Below are positions 15,431 through 24,600 of a DNA stretch of 32,000 nt, in pieces. The position numbers were made by a program, and so were the translations under genes. The notes beneath the pieces are model-generated. The model made no database searches. It was not told the origin of the DNA and was given only the letters and a program-made list of their open reading frames with translations. Each line of letters opens with the position of its first letter. Position 1 is the stretch's first letter. The stretch covers positions 240,001 through 272,000 of the forward strand of contig NC_016803.1 of NCBI RefSeq assembly GCF_000189295.2. Reading direction: 5' to 3'. The stretch is from Pseudodesulfovibrio mercurii (GTDB lineage Bacteria > Desulfobacterota > Desulfovibrionia > Desulfovibrionales > Desulfovibrionaceae).

Positions 15431-15743
15431 CGCGGCTTCCGATAGCGGGCCATCTGCACATTTTTTCCGGCCGCGCCAATCCTCACGTAGACGGCTATCG
15501 CTGCTGTCGTCATCTCTAAGACCGAGCAAGCTCGGCCTAAGAGTTGAGGCTCGCTGCGGTTGTCGCGGCCGGAAGAAAATGCACAGCTGACCCACTCTCG
15601 AAAGCCTTACCCCCTGCGGCAGCCGAAGAGAAAAGACTCGCCACCCCGCGACCGTACACACCTGCCGAAGGCACACAAAAAGTTTGGAAGGGGAGTCCAG
15701 AGGGGAAACTTTTTCAAAAGTTTCCCCTCTGGCCGCCGGAGGC
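15431..15743 (+). repeat. structured intergenic repeat element, copy B
   Basis: It begins at the first nucleotide after the ppiB stop. It has the same ordered boxes as copy A: CGCGGCTTCCGA, TCTGCACATTTTT, ACGTAGACGGCTA, GAAAATGCACAGC, TGCCGAAGGCACACAAAAAGTT at 15663-15684 and CTGGCCGCCGGAGGC at 15729-15743. A perfect 16-bp TTCA-loop hairpin spans 15697-15732. Confidence 0.8.
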
Positions 15744-15750
15744 ATTCTTG

Positions 15751-15794
15751 AATCAAAAAAGGGCCGCCCCAATCGGGGCGGCCCTTTTTTGATT
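15751..15794. terminator. bidirectional rho-independent terminator shared by ppiB and the NMO-like gene
   Basis: AATCAAAAAAGGGCCGCCCC-AATC-GGGGCGGCCCTTTTTTGATT forms a perfect 20-bp stem with A6/T6 tracts. It lies 17 nt beyond the minus-strand stop at 15812. Confidence 0.85.
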
Positions 15795-15811
15795 CGAAGT
15801 GATGCGCCGAG

Positions 15812-16981
15812 CTACTTGTTCAGGACGTCCTTGATGCACTGGGCGGCCTGTTCCTTGGTGTCGGCGATCTTCTGGCCGACTTCCTGGTATTTGCGTTCCG
15901 CCTCTTCGCTCAGGGTGGCCATCAGTTCCTTGACGGTGATGATCTTGTCCACCAGGTAAGCGTTGGCGCCGCAGAAGGCGAAGCCGTTCTTGAGCTTGCC
16001 CCGGTAGGCGTTCACCAGGGCCTGGGCGATGCAGTAGGGGGACTTGTCCTCGGCGCAGGAGTGCAGACACTTGTGGACGCACTTCTTGGGGTGCTTGAGT
16101 CCGGCGGACACGGCGTCGAGGAAGGCGTTCTTCAGGGCCCGGCCGGGCATGCCCACGGGGCTCTTGATGATGGTCACGTCCTCGGCCCTGGCGTTGACGT
16201 AGGCCTGTTTGAAGGCGATGTCGGCGTCGCATTCCTCGGTGGCCACGAATCGGGTGCCCATCTGCACGCCGGAGGCGCCCATCTCGAGGAAGCGGGCGAT
16301 GTCCGCGCCGGTGTACACGCCGCCCGCGGCGATGACCGGGATCGGCTTTTCGTGCTTGTCGCGGTAGGGCTGCACGGCCTCGACGACCTGGGCGAGGATG
16401 TTTTCGAGCTGGTACTCGGGGTCGTCGATCTGTTCGGCCTTGAAGCCGAGATGGCCGCCCGCCTTGGGGCCTTCGACCACGAAGCCGTCGGGCAGGTAGT
16501 TGAAATGGCTGGCCCACTTGCGGCACAGGATGGAGGCCGCGCGGCCCGAGGAGACGATGGGCACGAGCTTGGTGCGCAGGTCCTCCTTCATTTCGTCGGA
16601 GACCTCGCGCAGGTACTTGGGCAGGTCCAGGGGCAGCCCGGCGCCGGAGATGATCAGGTCCACCTTTTCGCGGATGGAGGTGCGGACCATGTCGCCGTAG
16701 TTGGTCAGGGCGCACATGATGTTCACGCCGAGCAGGCCGTCGGTCATCTTGGCCCGCGCCTTGCGGATTTCGTCTATGAGGCTGCGGCGGTCGGCCCCTT
16801 CGGGGTCCGTGGCGCGCTGGGGATCGCGCATGCCGATCATGGAGGTGGCGATGACGCCCACGCCGCCCTCGTTGGCCACGGCGCTGGCCAGCCCGGAAAG
16901 GGAGATGCCCACGCCCATGCCGCCCTGGATGATGGGCAGCCTGGCCGTGAGATCACCGAAATTAAGACTGGGGAGTTTCAT
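15812..16981 (-). CDS. NAD(P)H-dependent flavin oxidoreductase, nitronate monooxygenase / FabK-like family
   Basis: The N-terminus PIIQGGMGVGISLSGLASAVANEGGVGVI and the segments AAGGVYTGADIARFLEMGASGVQMGTRF are typical of the FMN TIM-barrel NMO family. The C-terminal extension is Cys-rich. GAGGT SD lies upstream. Confidence 0.85.
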   Translation of the reverse strand: MKLPSLNFGDLTARLPIIQGGMGVGISLSGLASAVANEGGVGVIATSMIGMRDPQRATDPEGADRRSLIDEIRKARAKMTDGLLGVNIMCALTNYGDMVRTSIREKVDLIISGAGLPLDLPKYLREVSDEMKEDLRTKLVPIVSSGRAASILCRKWASHFNYLPDGFVVEGPKAGGHLGFKAEQIDDPEYQLENILAQVVEAVQPYRDKHEKPIPVIAAGGVYTGADIARFLEMGASGVQMGTRFVATEECDADIAFKQAYVNARAEDVTIIKSPVGMPGRALKNAFLDAVSAGLKHPKKCVHKCLHSCAEDKSPYCIAQALVNAYRGKLKNGFAFCGANAYLVDKIITVKELMATLSEEAERKYQEVGQKIADTKEQAAQCIKDVLNK

Positions 16982-17071
16982 TTATAGATACCTCGCGTAG
17001 AGCTGATGATTAGGAGTCCCTTGCGACGAATTTCCGACCAAGTCAAGACAAACCGATGTTTCAATCGGGTG

Positions 17072-18268
17072 TTACACGGCCGTGACGTGCTCTTTGACCA
17101 CCAACTCCGCGAAATACATGGAACTGGTAAAGGCCGGGGAAATGGAATTGAGGATATGGATGCTGTCCCGTGCCTCTTCGATGACGAAATCCATGACCAA
17201 TTGGCTGGTCCTGACGTTCACGAGCTGGGGCCGGATGCCCGCCTTGGCCGAGGGCAGCAGGTCCTCGGGGTTGAGCTCCCTGACCAGCCTGGCCGCGTCG
17301 TCGAAGAAGTGTTTGAAGAAATATTTGCGCGGCTCCTCCAGGGCGATGGTCCGGAACTTGGGGTTGTTCAGGAACAGGCGCATGTCGCGGAAGAGGATGG
17401 CCGGGAGTTCGCCGTCCACGCCCTTGAAGAGGCCGTAGTTCTCTCGCCCGAAGGCCGGGATGGCCGTGGGCCCGACGTAGACGTCGCCGTGCACGCTACG
17501 GGTGAAGTGCACTCCGAGGAACGGATTTTTGATGTTCGGCACCGGGTAGATGGACCCCCGGATGCGGTCGGCGGCGGGCTTGGCGAGCACATGGTAGATG
17601 CCCTTGAAGGGCAGCAGGCGGTAGTCCTCCGCGATGCCGAAGGCCTGGGCCACTTGATCGCTGTAGGCCCCGGCCGCGTTGATGAACAGCGCGTACCCGA
17701 TGCGGCCCTGGGTGGTGTCGACCGCGTTCGGCCCGGCCGTGCCGAGGAACCGGGTGTCGAAGAAGAAGCGGACCTTGCCGCTGGTCTCCAGCTCTTCGCG
17801 CATGGCCGAGAGGATGCGCTTGGGATCGACCACGCTGGTCAGGGGCGAGTACAGGGCGCGGTCCACGGTGCGGGCGTTGGGTTCGATCTCGGCCAGCCGC
17901 TTCTCGTCGATCATCTCGACCACGCCACCGTTGGCCGTGGCCCGGCGCTCGAGTTCATCCAGGGTGGCCAACTCGTCCTCGGTGCGGGCCACGATGACCT
18001 TGCCCGACTTGAACAGGGGCAGGCCGCGCTCCTCGCAGTAGGCCTGCATGCGCCGGTTGCCCTCCAGGCACATCCTGGCCTTGAGGGTGCCGGGGTCATA
18101 GTAGATGCCCGCGTGGAGCACGCCGCTGTTGCGGCCCGAGGCGTGTTTGCCCGGCGCGGCTTCCTTGTCGAAGATGATGACGTCGTCGCACCCGGTCCTG
18201 AGCAGTTCGCGGGCGATGGTCAGGCCGAGGATGCCCGCCCCGCAGATGACGGTGTGAGCGCGGTACAT
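17072..18268 (-). CDS. FAD-dependent oxidoreductase, L-2-hydroxyglutarate oxidase (LhgO)-like
   Basis: Dinucleotide-binding N-terminus VICGAGILGLTIARELL, followed by GRNSGVLHAGIYY and the DAO-family layout. 398 aa. Confidence 0.8.
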   Translation of the reverse strand: MYRAHTVICGAGILGLTIARELLRTGCDDVIIFDKEAAPGKHASGRNSGVLHAGIYYDPGTLKARMCLEGNRRMQAYCEERGLPLFKSGKVIVARTEDELATLDELERRATANGGVVEMIDEKRLAEIEPNARTVDRALYSPLTSVVDPKRILSAMREELETSGKVRFFFDTRFLGTAGPNAVDTTQGRIGYALFINAAGAYSDQVAQAFGIAEDYRLLPFKGIYHVLAKPAADRIRGSIYPVPNIKNPFLGVHFTRSVHGDVYVGPTAIPAFGRENYGLFKGVDGELPAILFRDMRLFLNNPKFRTIALEEPRKYFFKHFFDDAARLVRELNPEDLLPSAKAGIRPQLVNVRTSQLVMDFVIEEARDSIHILNSISPAFTSSMYFAELVVKEHVTAV

Positions 18269-18272
18269 GGAT

Positions 18273-18716
18273 CTACGCCCTGGTCAGCAGCGTGGCGCCG
18301 CTCTCGTTGTCCTTCTTGCGCAGGAAGTCCGAGCCTTCGATCTCCACGACGACCACTTCGCCCACCAGCCAGACGTCCAGGCCGGGGCGGATGCAGCCCG
18401 CCAGGGTCTCGCCCGCGCGGCCCAGGGCGGCGTGCATGTGCAGGACCGGGTCGCCGTTTTCGTCCGGGAACAGGGTGCCCAGGCCGAGGACCTCATGGGC
18501 CCCGCGCACCGGGCAGAGGATGGGATCGATGACCCTGGCCGCGCCGTCCTTGGGGCCGGAGACCACGTTGCCGTTGTCCGCACCGCCGATGAGGGTGCAC
18601 AGGGCGGTCCTGATGTCATGTTCCCGGGCGAACTGTTCGAGACAGTCCGGGAGGCGTTCGCCGTTTTCCAGGCGCAGGGTGAAGACTCTGCCCACATTGC
18701 CTTGGCTGTACTGCAT
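18273..18716 (-). CDS. PPC (DUF296) domain protein
   Basis: 147-aa ORF (MQYSQGNVGRVFTLRLENGERLPDCLEQFAREHDI...) in the C-terminal frame of a spurious 1795-aa ORF. The pattern G-R-x-F-x-L-R-L-x-x-G-E...I...G.G...V...H.H and the size match the plants-and-prokaryotes-conserved domain. It starts 8 nt after the addB-like stop. Confidence 0.7.
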   Translation of the reverse strand: MQYSQGNVGRVFTLRLENGERLPDCLEQFAREHDIRTALCTLIGGADNGNVVSGPKDGAARVIDPILCPVRGAHEVLGLGTLFPDENGDPVLHMHAALGRAGETLAGCIRPGLDVWLVGEVVVVEIEGSDFLRKKDNESGATLLTRA

Positions 18717-18724
18717 GGGGATAC

Positions 18725-21649
18725 CTATTTGTCCTTGGGCGGGGTCTGCCCGCACGGTTTGCAGAAGTCGCACCACTTGCAGCGGTCGCCGGGCCGGGGA
18801 TCGAACCGTGGGGCCGTGAGCATATGGCGGACCAATGTTCGTACCAGGAGCGGGGCGATCTCGTCCACTGCCTCGTCCACTTCCTCCTCGGTCCACTTGG
18901 CCGGGAAGAGCAGCTGTTCGCGGCCGTTCCGGCCCAGCAGGACCAGGCCCGCGTTGACCGGGGATTCCCCGGTGGCCTCGGCGTAGAGGTGCAGGTAGGC
19001 CGGGAGCTGGACCGAGCGCACGGCGTCGGCCAGGTCGGCCGCGAGGTCCGGGTCCACGTCGCCCTCGAGGAACCCGGCCATGCGGTCCTGAAGTTCCATG
19101 TCCCCCCAGAAGCGGGCCTTGGGCAGCTGCGCGCCGCCGGTCTTGTAGTCCAGGATGAAGACGCCGTTTTCGCGTCGCTCCACGCGGTCCATGCGTCCCT
19201 TGAACGGGATGTCCAGTCCGTCCTGGGCGAGGACCCCTTCCAGGGGCTGTTCCAGACCGAGCAGGGTGGCCGGTTGCTGGGCGGCCACGAACTGTTCCAG
19301 GCGGTAGCGCCCGGCCTCCATGAGGGCAGTGCGGGTGTCCAGCGGCAGCCGGGCGAAGAGCGGTCCGGCCCGGAAGGTCTCGCTGAAGGCCGTCAGCAGC
19401 GGGGCGGGGTCCAGCCCGGCCAGGTCCTCGCCCGTGCCCACGTGGGGCAGGAGGAATTTCTTGAGCACGTCGTGGACCAGGGAGCCGAACTCGCTGCGGT
19501 CCCCTTCCTCGTCCACGCTGTCCACCGGGCGCACCCCGGAAAGATACTGGTAGAAGAATCGCTTGGGGCAGTTCATGTAGGTGTCCAGGGCGGACGGGGA
19601 CAGCCCCTTGGCGGTCAGGAACGCGGTCAGGGCCCGGCGCCCCCCCTCGGTGGCGGGCACGGGCTCCGGCCCGGCGGGCAGGGCCCCGGCCGGGAAGGTC
19701 ACGGTGCGGACGATCCCGTCCTCCGGGGTCAGGAGGCGGCCCGCGCTCAGCTCGCGCTCCCACAGGAGCTGCTCCACGAACCGGCTGCGCACGGACTTCT
19801 GGTCGAGCAGGCCGGGCTGGACGCCGTTCTGGTAGTAGATGACCGCCTCCCGCGCGCCCATGAGCAGGCGGTAGAAGTTGTAGCCCGAGACGTTGTCGCG
19901 CTCGTGGGCGTCGGGCAGGCCCAGGAGTCTGCGCAGGGGGTCGGGCAGGAGCGGGTCGAAGGGGTTGGTGCCGGGCAGCCGCTCCTCCACGGCGTCGAGG
20001 ATGAAGAGCTTGTCGAAGTGCAGCAGCCGGGTTTCGAGCACGCCCAGGACCTGGAGCCCGGTCAGGGGATCGGGCTCGAAGGAGACGCGCTCCTGGTCGA
20101 GCATGCGCCGCAGCATGGCGTGCAGGGTGGATTGGTCCAGGGGCTCGAAGCATATTTCGGCCCCCTTGAGCTGCGGGATGACCGAGTTGGTCAGCCGGAA
20201 CAGGCATTCGGCGTCCAGGAGATAGGTGTGCCACAGCTTTTCGCCGCGCGCGTGGAGCATGGCCGCCAGCCCGGCCAGGGCCTCGCCCAGCTGGGCCAGG
20301 GTGGTGGCGGAGGCGAACCCGGTCAGGCAGCGGTCCAGGACCTCCGCGAGCAGCGGCCCGGCCTCGGCGCGGTCCACGTCCTTGAGCGCGTCGTCGTCCC
20401 AGTCCGGCTCCCAGGCCAGGGGATCGAGGAACTTGTCGCCCCGGCGGATGATCGCCTCCCAGAACTGGAACACGGGCCGCAGCGGCCGGTTTTCGGACCC
20501 GAGCAGCCGGAGGTAGGGGTGGCGGATGAGGGCCACGACGTCCTTCCAGTAACAGCGGCTGTTTTCGCGGTTCTCCCGGAGGACCAGCAGGGTCTCGATG
20601 AGCCGGGCCAGGGAGGTGCGGGCCAGGGGATAGCCCATGGAAATGTTCGGTTCGAGCTCCGGGTCCACCTCGGGGAGCAGGTGCAGCACGGGCAGGAGCG
20701 CGCCCTCGTCGGGCAGGACCACGGCGGTGCGCTCCAGGGTGTCGCGCGCGAGCAGTTCGCCCATGTCCCCGGTCAGCCCGGCCAGCTGCGAGTGGCGGTC
20801 GAACCCCTCGCAGAAACGGATGTCCGGGGCGCGGGGCGTGGTGTCGAGGCCCGGCACGAGCTCCGGGCGCACCCCCCAGCGGGCGAGCCAGGCCGTGTGT
20901 TCGGCCGTGGCCCAGTGGGCGCGGCCGCCTTCGGCCAGGGCCGGGTCCGAGTGCAGCAGCGGGGTCAGGATACCGCGTTCCCAGAGGTCGCGGAACAGCC
21001 GGTCCTCGGTTCCGCTCAGGGCGTAGAACCCGGCGGCCAGCAGGGTCCGGCCCCTGAGCGTTTCGGCCGCCTCGTCCAGGTGGTCGAGGACGAAGCGGGC
21101 GGACAGGCCTGGCGTGGTCCAGCCACGGGCGTCCAGCCGGGCCAGGTACTCGGTGTGGATGGCGCGCAGCTGTTCGAGCAGGGCGGCGGCGTAGGCCGAG
21201 ACCTCGCCCTCCATGTATTCCAGGTCCTGGGGTTCCAGGTCCTGGCGCAGCAGGTCGTCCATGAGCCGGGCCAGGAGCATGCCCCAGGGCAGGAAGGGTT
21301 CGCGGTCCAGCTCGGGCAGCCGGGCGAGGAGTCCCTTTCTGCGGCCGCGCAGGTCCGCGACGATGCGCCGGAGCATCTCCACCAGGTCCAGCTGGTTGGC
21401 CCGGACCGGCGGCGCGGGCGCGAGGTCCCGGTGCAGCCCGGCCACGAAATCCGCGATGGAGGTCATCTCGGGCATGAACGCGGGCCGCTGCATGGCCGGG
21501 TGGGCGGCGAGCAGCCCCTTGAGGTGGCGGCGCGGGCGGTTGTGCGGGAACAGGACCGTGAGCTTGCCGGGGGCGTCGGAGGCGGCGACCTTGTCGGCCA
21601 GCACGGGCATGAAATCCGTCTGCCAGGGGATCAGGAGCACGGGGTTCAT
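18725..21649 (-). CDS. AddB-like PD-(D/E)XK nuclease subunit (inactive-helicase-like N-region, C-terminal nuclease with Cys cluster)
   Basis: 974 aa. The C-terminal nuclease module has MNCPKRFFYQYL, GRMDRVERRENGVFILDYKTG and QLPAYLHLY, ending with CKWCDFCKPC, which is consistent with an AddB-type iron-staple. There is no N-terminal Walker A. It immediately follows the helicase gene with a 0-nt gap. Confidence 0.8.
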   Translation of the reverse strand: MNPVLLIPWQTDFMPVLADKVAASDAPGKLTVLFPHNRPRRHLKGLLAAHPAMQRPAFMPEMTSIADFVAGLHRDLAPAPPVRANQLDLVEMLRRIVADLRGRRKGLLARLPELDREPFLPWGMLLARLMDDLLRQDLEPQDLEYMEGEVSAYAAALLEQLRAIHTEYLARLDARGWTTPGLSARFVLDHLDEAAETLRGRTLLAAGFYALSGTEDRLFRDLWERGILTPLLHSDPALAEGGRAHWATAEHTAWLARWGVRPELVPGLDTTPRAPDIRFCEGFDRHSQLAGLTGDMGELLARDTLERTAVVLPDEGALLPVLHLLPEVDPELEPNISMGYPLARTSLARLIETLLVLRENRENSRCYWKDVVALIRHPYLRLLGSENRPLRPVFQFWEAIIRRGDKFLDPLAWEPDWDDDALKDVDRAEAGPLLAEVLDRCLTGFASATTLAQLGEALAGLAAMLHARGEKLWHTYLLDAECLFRLTNSVIPQLKGAEICFEPLDQSTLHAMLRRMLDQERVSFEPDPLTGLQVLGVLETRLLHFDKLFILDAVEERLPGTNPFDPLLPDPLRRLLGLPDAHERDNVSGYNFYRLLMGAREAVIYYQNGVQPGLLDQKSVRSRFVEQLLWERELSAGRLLTPEDGIVRTVTFPAGALPAGPEPVPATEGGRRALTAFLTAKGLSPSALDTYMNCPKRFFYQYLSGVRPVDSVDEEGDRSEFGSLVHDVLKKFLLPHVGTGEDLAGLDPAPLLTAFSETFRAGPLFARLPLDTRTALMEAGRYRLEQFVAAQQPATLLGLEQPLEGVLAQDGLDIPFKGRMDRVERRENGVFILDYKTGGAQLPKARFWGDMELQDRMAGFLEGDVDPDLAADLADAVRSVQLPAYLHLYAEATGESPVNAGLVLLGRNGREQLLFPAKWTEEEVDEAVDEIAPLLVRTLVRHMLTAPRFDPRPGDRCKWCDFCKPCGQTPPKDK

Positions 21650-24600
21650 CTACGCCTTCCTCCCCACTTCGCGGATCTCGCGCAGGTCCAGGTAGATCAG
21701 GAAGCCGCGCGGCTCGCCGTACCCGCCCATGGCCGCGAGGATGCCCATGTAGTCGCGCACCTGGACCTCGTTGTGCGGGTCCGGGCGGCCGGTCTTGAAA
21801 TCCACGACCACGGCGTCCGGCCCGGCGACCAGGAGGTCGAACCGCTTGAAGCCGCCGTCTTGGTCCAGAACCTCGGGCTCGCGCGCGCCCGTGGCCAGCC
21901 AGCCGCGCAGGCGGTCGTCGTTCAGGGCCCAGGCGGCCATGGCGCGAAGGTCCGCATCGAGTTGCGCCCGGTCCGCCTCGGCCAGCCCGCCCAGTTCGGG
22001 GAAGTCCTGGACCGCCAGGGCGACGGCCCGGTCCGCGTCGGCCGCGTTGTCGCCCGTGACGCGCATATGCTCCATGACCCGGTGGGCCACCTCGCCGCGC
22101 ATGCGCTCGTTGAAGAAGTAGTCGTCCAGGTTGTGGCGGTAGACGCGCAGCCGGGGCAGCCAGCCCATGAGGTCCGCCGTGGTCTCGGCCGGGGGGATGT
22201 CGCGCGGTTCGGGCCGGGGCGCGGCCTCGGAGGGGCGCGTCTCGGCCGGGGTGCGGCCCAGCTCGAACACGCCGTCGTCGTCCAGTTCCAGGAACTGGTC
22301 CATGGCCTTGAGGACCACGGGGTTGGCGATCTTGAGGGCCTTTTCCGGGAAGAAGCCGTACAGCTCCTCGCGCGCCCTGGTCCAGGCCACGTACAGGAGG
22401 TTGAGCTGTTCGCGCACGGCCCGGCCCAGGCTCTCCTGGTAGGGGCGGCCCAGGTCCTTCTTCAGGGGCACGAGCAGATTGCGCCCCCGGTATGCCTGGA
22501 CCGTGAAATGGCGGTCCGTGTCGGTCTTCCAGTGGTGGAAGGGCACGATGGCCACGGGAAATTCCAGCCCCTTGGCCTTGTGCACGGTCATGATGCGCAC
22601 GGCGTCGATGTTTTCGGGCAGGGGGACCTTTTCCTGGTCGGACTTCTCCTCCCAGTATTCCAGGAAGGCGGACAGGGAGCCGTAGCCGTTCTCCTCGGCC
22701 AGGTGGACCACCTCCAGGAAGCGGCGTACGTACAGCTCGGCCTCGGGGTGGCGTTCGAGCACCCGGAAGACGCGCACGGCCTCCATGGTCAGGTCGTATG
22801 GGGTCATCAGGCCGGACTGGTTGTAGAAGGGCTCGATGAGCCGTCGCCACGGGCCCGGGAAGTCCTCGCGGAACTGCACGCCGAGCGGCCGTTTGCGGGG
22901 GCGGATGAGCCAGTCCAGCAGCTCGGCCTCGGCCAGGCCGGATTCGGCCAGGAAGAGCTCCTTGCCGCCGACGAAGGTCAGGAACGCGGCGTCGTCGCGG
23001 GGGAAGTCCAGGAAGGCCAGGAACCCGGCCAGCTGCCGGACCACGGGGTGGCGGTCCAGTTGCAGGGAGTTCTCGGTGATGACCGGGATGTTCTTGCGCA
23101 CCAGCAGGTCGCAGACCAGGGCGGCGTGGAAGTGGGAGCGGACCAGGATGCCGATGTCCCGGTAGGCGCGCCGGGCGGTCAGGTCGTCCATGAGAGCGTC
23201 GAGCCGCTCCAGGGTCTGCTCCACGATCTCGGCGGCGGTCCCGCCCTCGAGCCGGACCATGCGCACGTAGCCCGCGGTGTCGCGGTGCCTGTCCGGCAGG
23301 GACTGGGCGCAGTCCCGGAAGGTCCGCATCAGCTGTCCGGCGAACTCGGCGCGGAAGGCCGGGTCCGCGTCGGGCAGGACGCGGTCGGCCAGGTCCCCGG
23401 CCTGGTCCGGGTCCTCCATGTTGGCGAAGAAGCGGTTGTTGAATTCGACCACGTTGCGGTGGCTGCGCCAGTTGTCCGGCAGGGTCTCGGCCTCGGCGTC
23501 CTCGGCCAGCCCGGCCACGTCGGGCTGGGACATGACCTCGTCGAACAGGGCGGAGTCCCCGCCGCGCCAGCCGTAGATGGCCTGCTTGACGTCGCCCACG
23601 AAGAACAGGCTGCCGCCCTTGGCCAGGCACTCCCCGGCCAGGGGGGTGATGGCCCGCCACTGGTCGCGGTTGGTGTCCTGAAATTCGTCCACCAGCAGGT
23701 GGTGCAACCGGCAGCCCAGGCGGCAGTATGCCTCGGACACGGCCCCGCCGTCGGCCAGGAGTTCGATGACGTGCCCGGCCACTGCCGCGTTGAGGACCGT
23801 GCCCCGCCTACGCTGCAAGTCCTCCAGCCCCTGTTCCAGGCGCAGGGCGATCTCGATGGCCGGGGCCAGGAAATAGGCCCCCGCCAGGGTGGCGTGGTGC
23901 AGGCGGTACTCGGCCCACTTGCCTTGCAGCCGGGCGTAGAAGGATTCGGTGCGCTCGTCCACCAGTCCCTTGCCCTTGGCCAGGACGCAATCCGCCGCAC
24001 TCGTCTTCTTGATGTACGCCGAGTCCGGGATCGGGTCGAACAGCTCCATGTTCAGGCAGTTGTCCAGGAAGTCGCGGAAATATTTGTTCAGGGGCAGGCC
24101 GACGGCCCCGGCGTGGTCGGCCATGGCCTCGACGGACTGCCGGAAGGCCGCGTGTTCCCCGGTGAGCAGTCCCAGGATGGCCGCCTGGTCCGTGACCAGG
24201 TCTCCCGCCCGGGTCTCGACGCAGCCGGTCAGCTCGCGCAGCCGGTCGCGGACCGTGTCCTGGACCCAGAAGCCGTTCTTGCCCTCCTGGCGGATGAGGG
24301 TGCGCACCGCGCCGTCCAGCAGGGCGGCGGCGGACTCGTCGGTCTCGCACTGACCGAGGAAGTGGTCGAAGACGGCGTCGAACAGCTCGCGCTCGTCGAA
24401 GACGATCTCGAAGTCCGGGCGCACCCCGAACTCCAGGGCGAAGAGGCGCAGGAGCAGGACCAGCAGGGAGTCGATGGTCCGGATGTTCAGCCGGTGATAG
24501 CGGCGCAGGATCGCGCCCACCGTGGCCCGGGCGGTCTCCGGGGAACAGGCCGGGTCCTTGTCCAGGCCCAGCGCCCCGGCCTTGAGCCCGGTGACCACGC

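Noticed and set aside
13964-15772. 602-aa minus-strand ORF
   Set aside because: It is antisense to the recombinase and cyclophilin genes and runs through repeat copy B. The translation is low-complexity with no recognisable domain.
18273-23660. 1795-aa minus-strand ORF
   Set aside because: Only its last 147 codons (from ATG 18716) look like a real protein, the PPC domain. The remainder is an out-of-frame overlap of the addA/addB-like genes with an Arg/Pro/Gly-rich nonsense composition.
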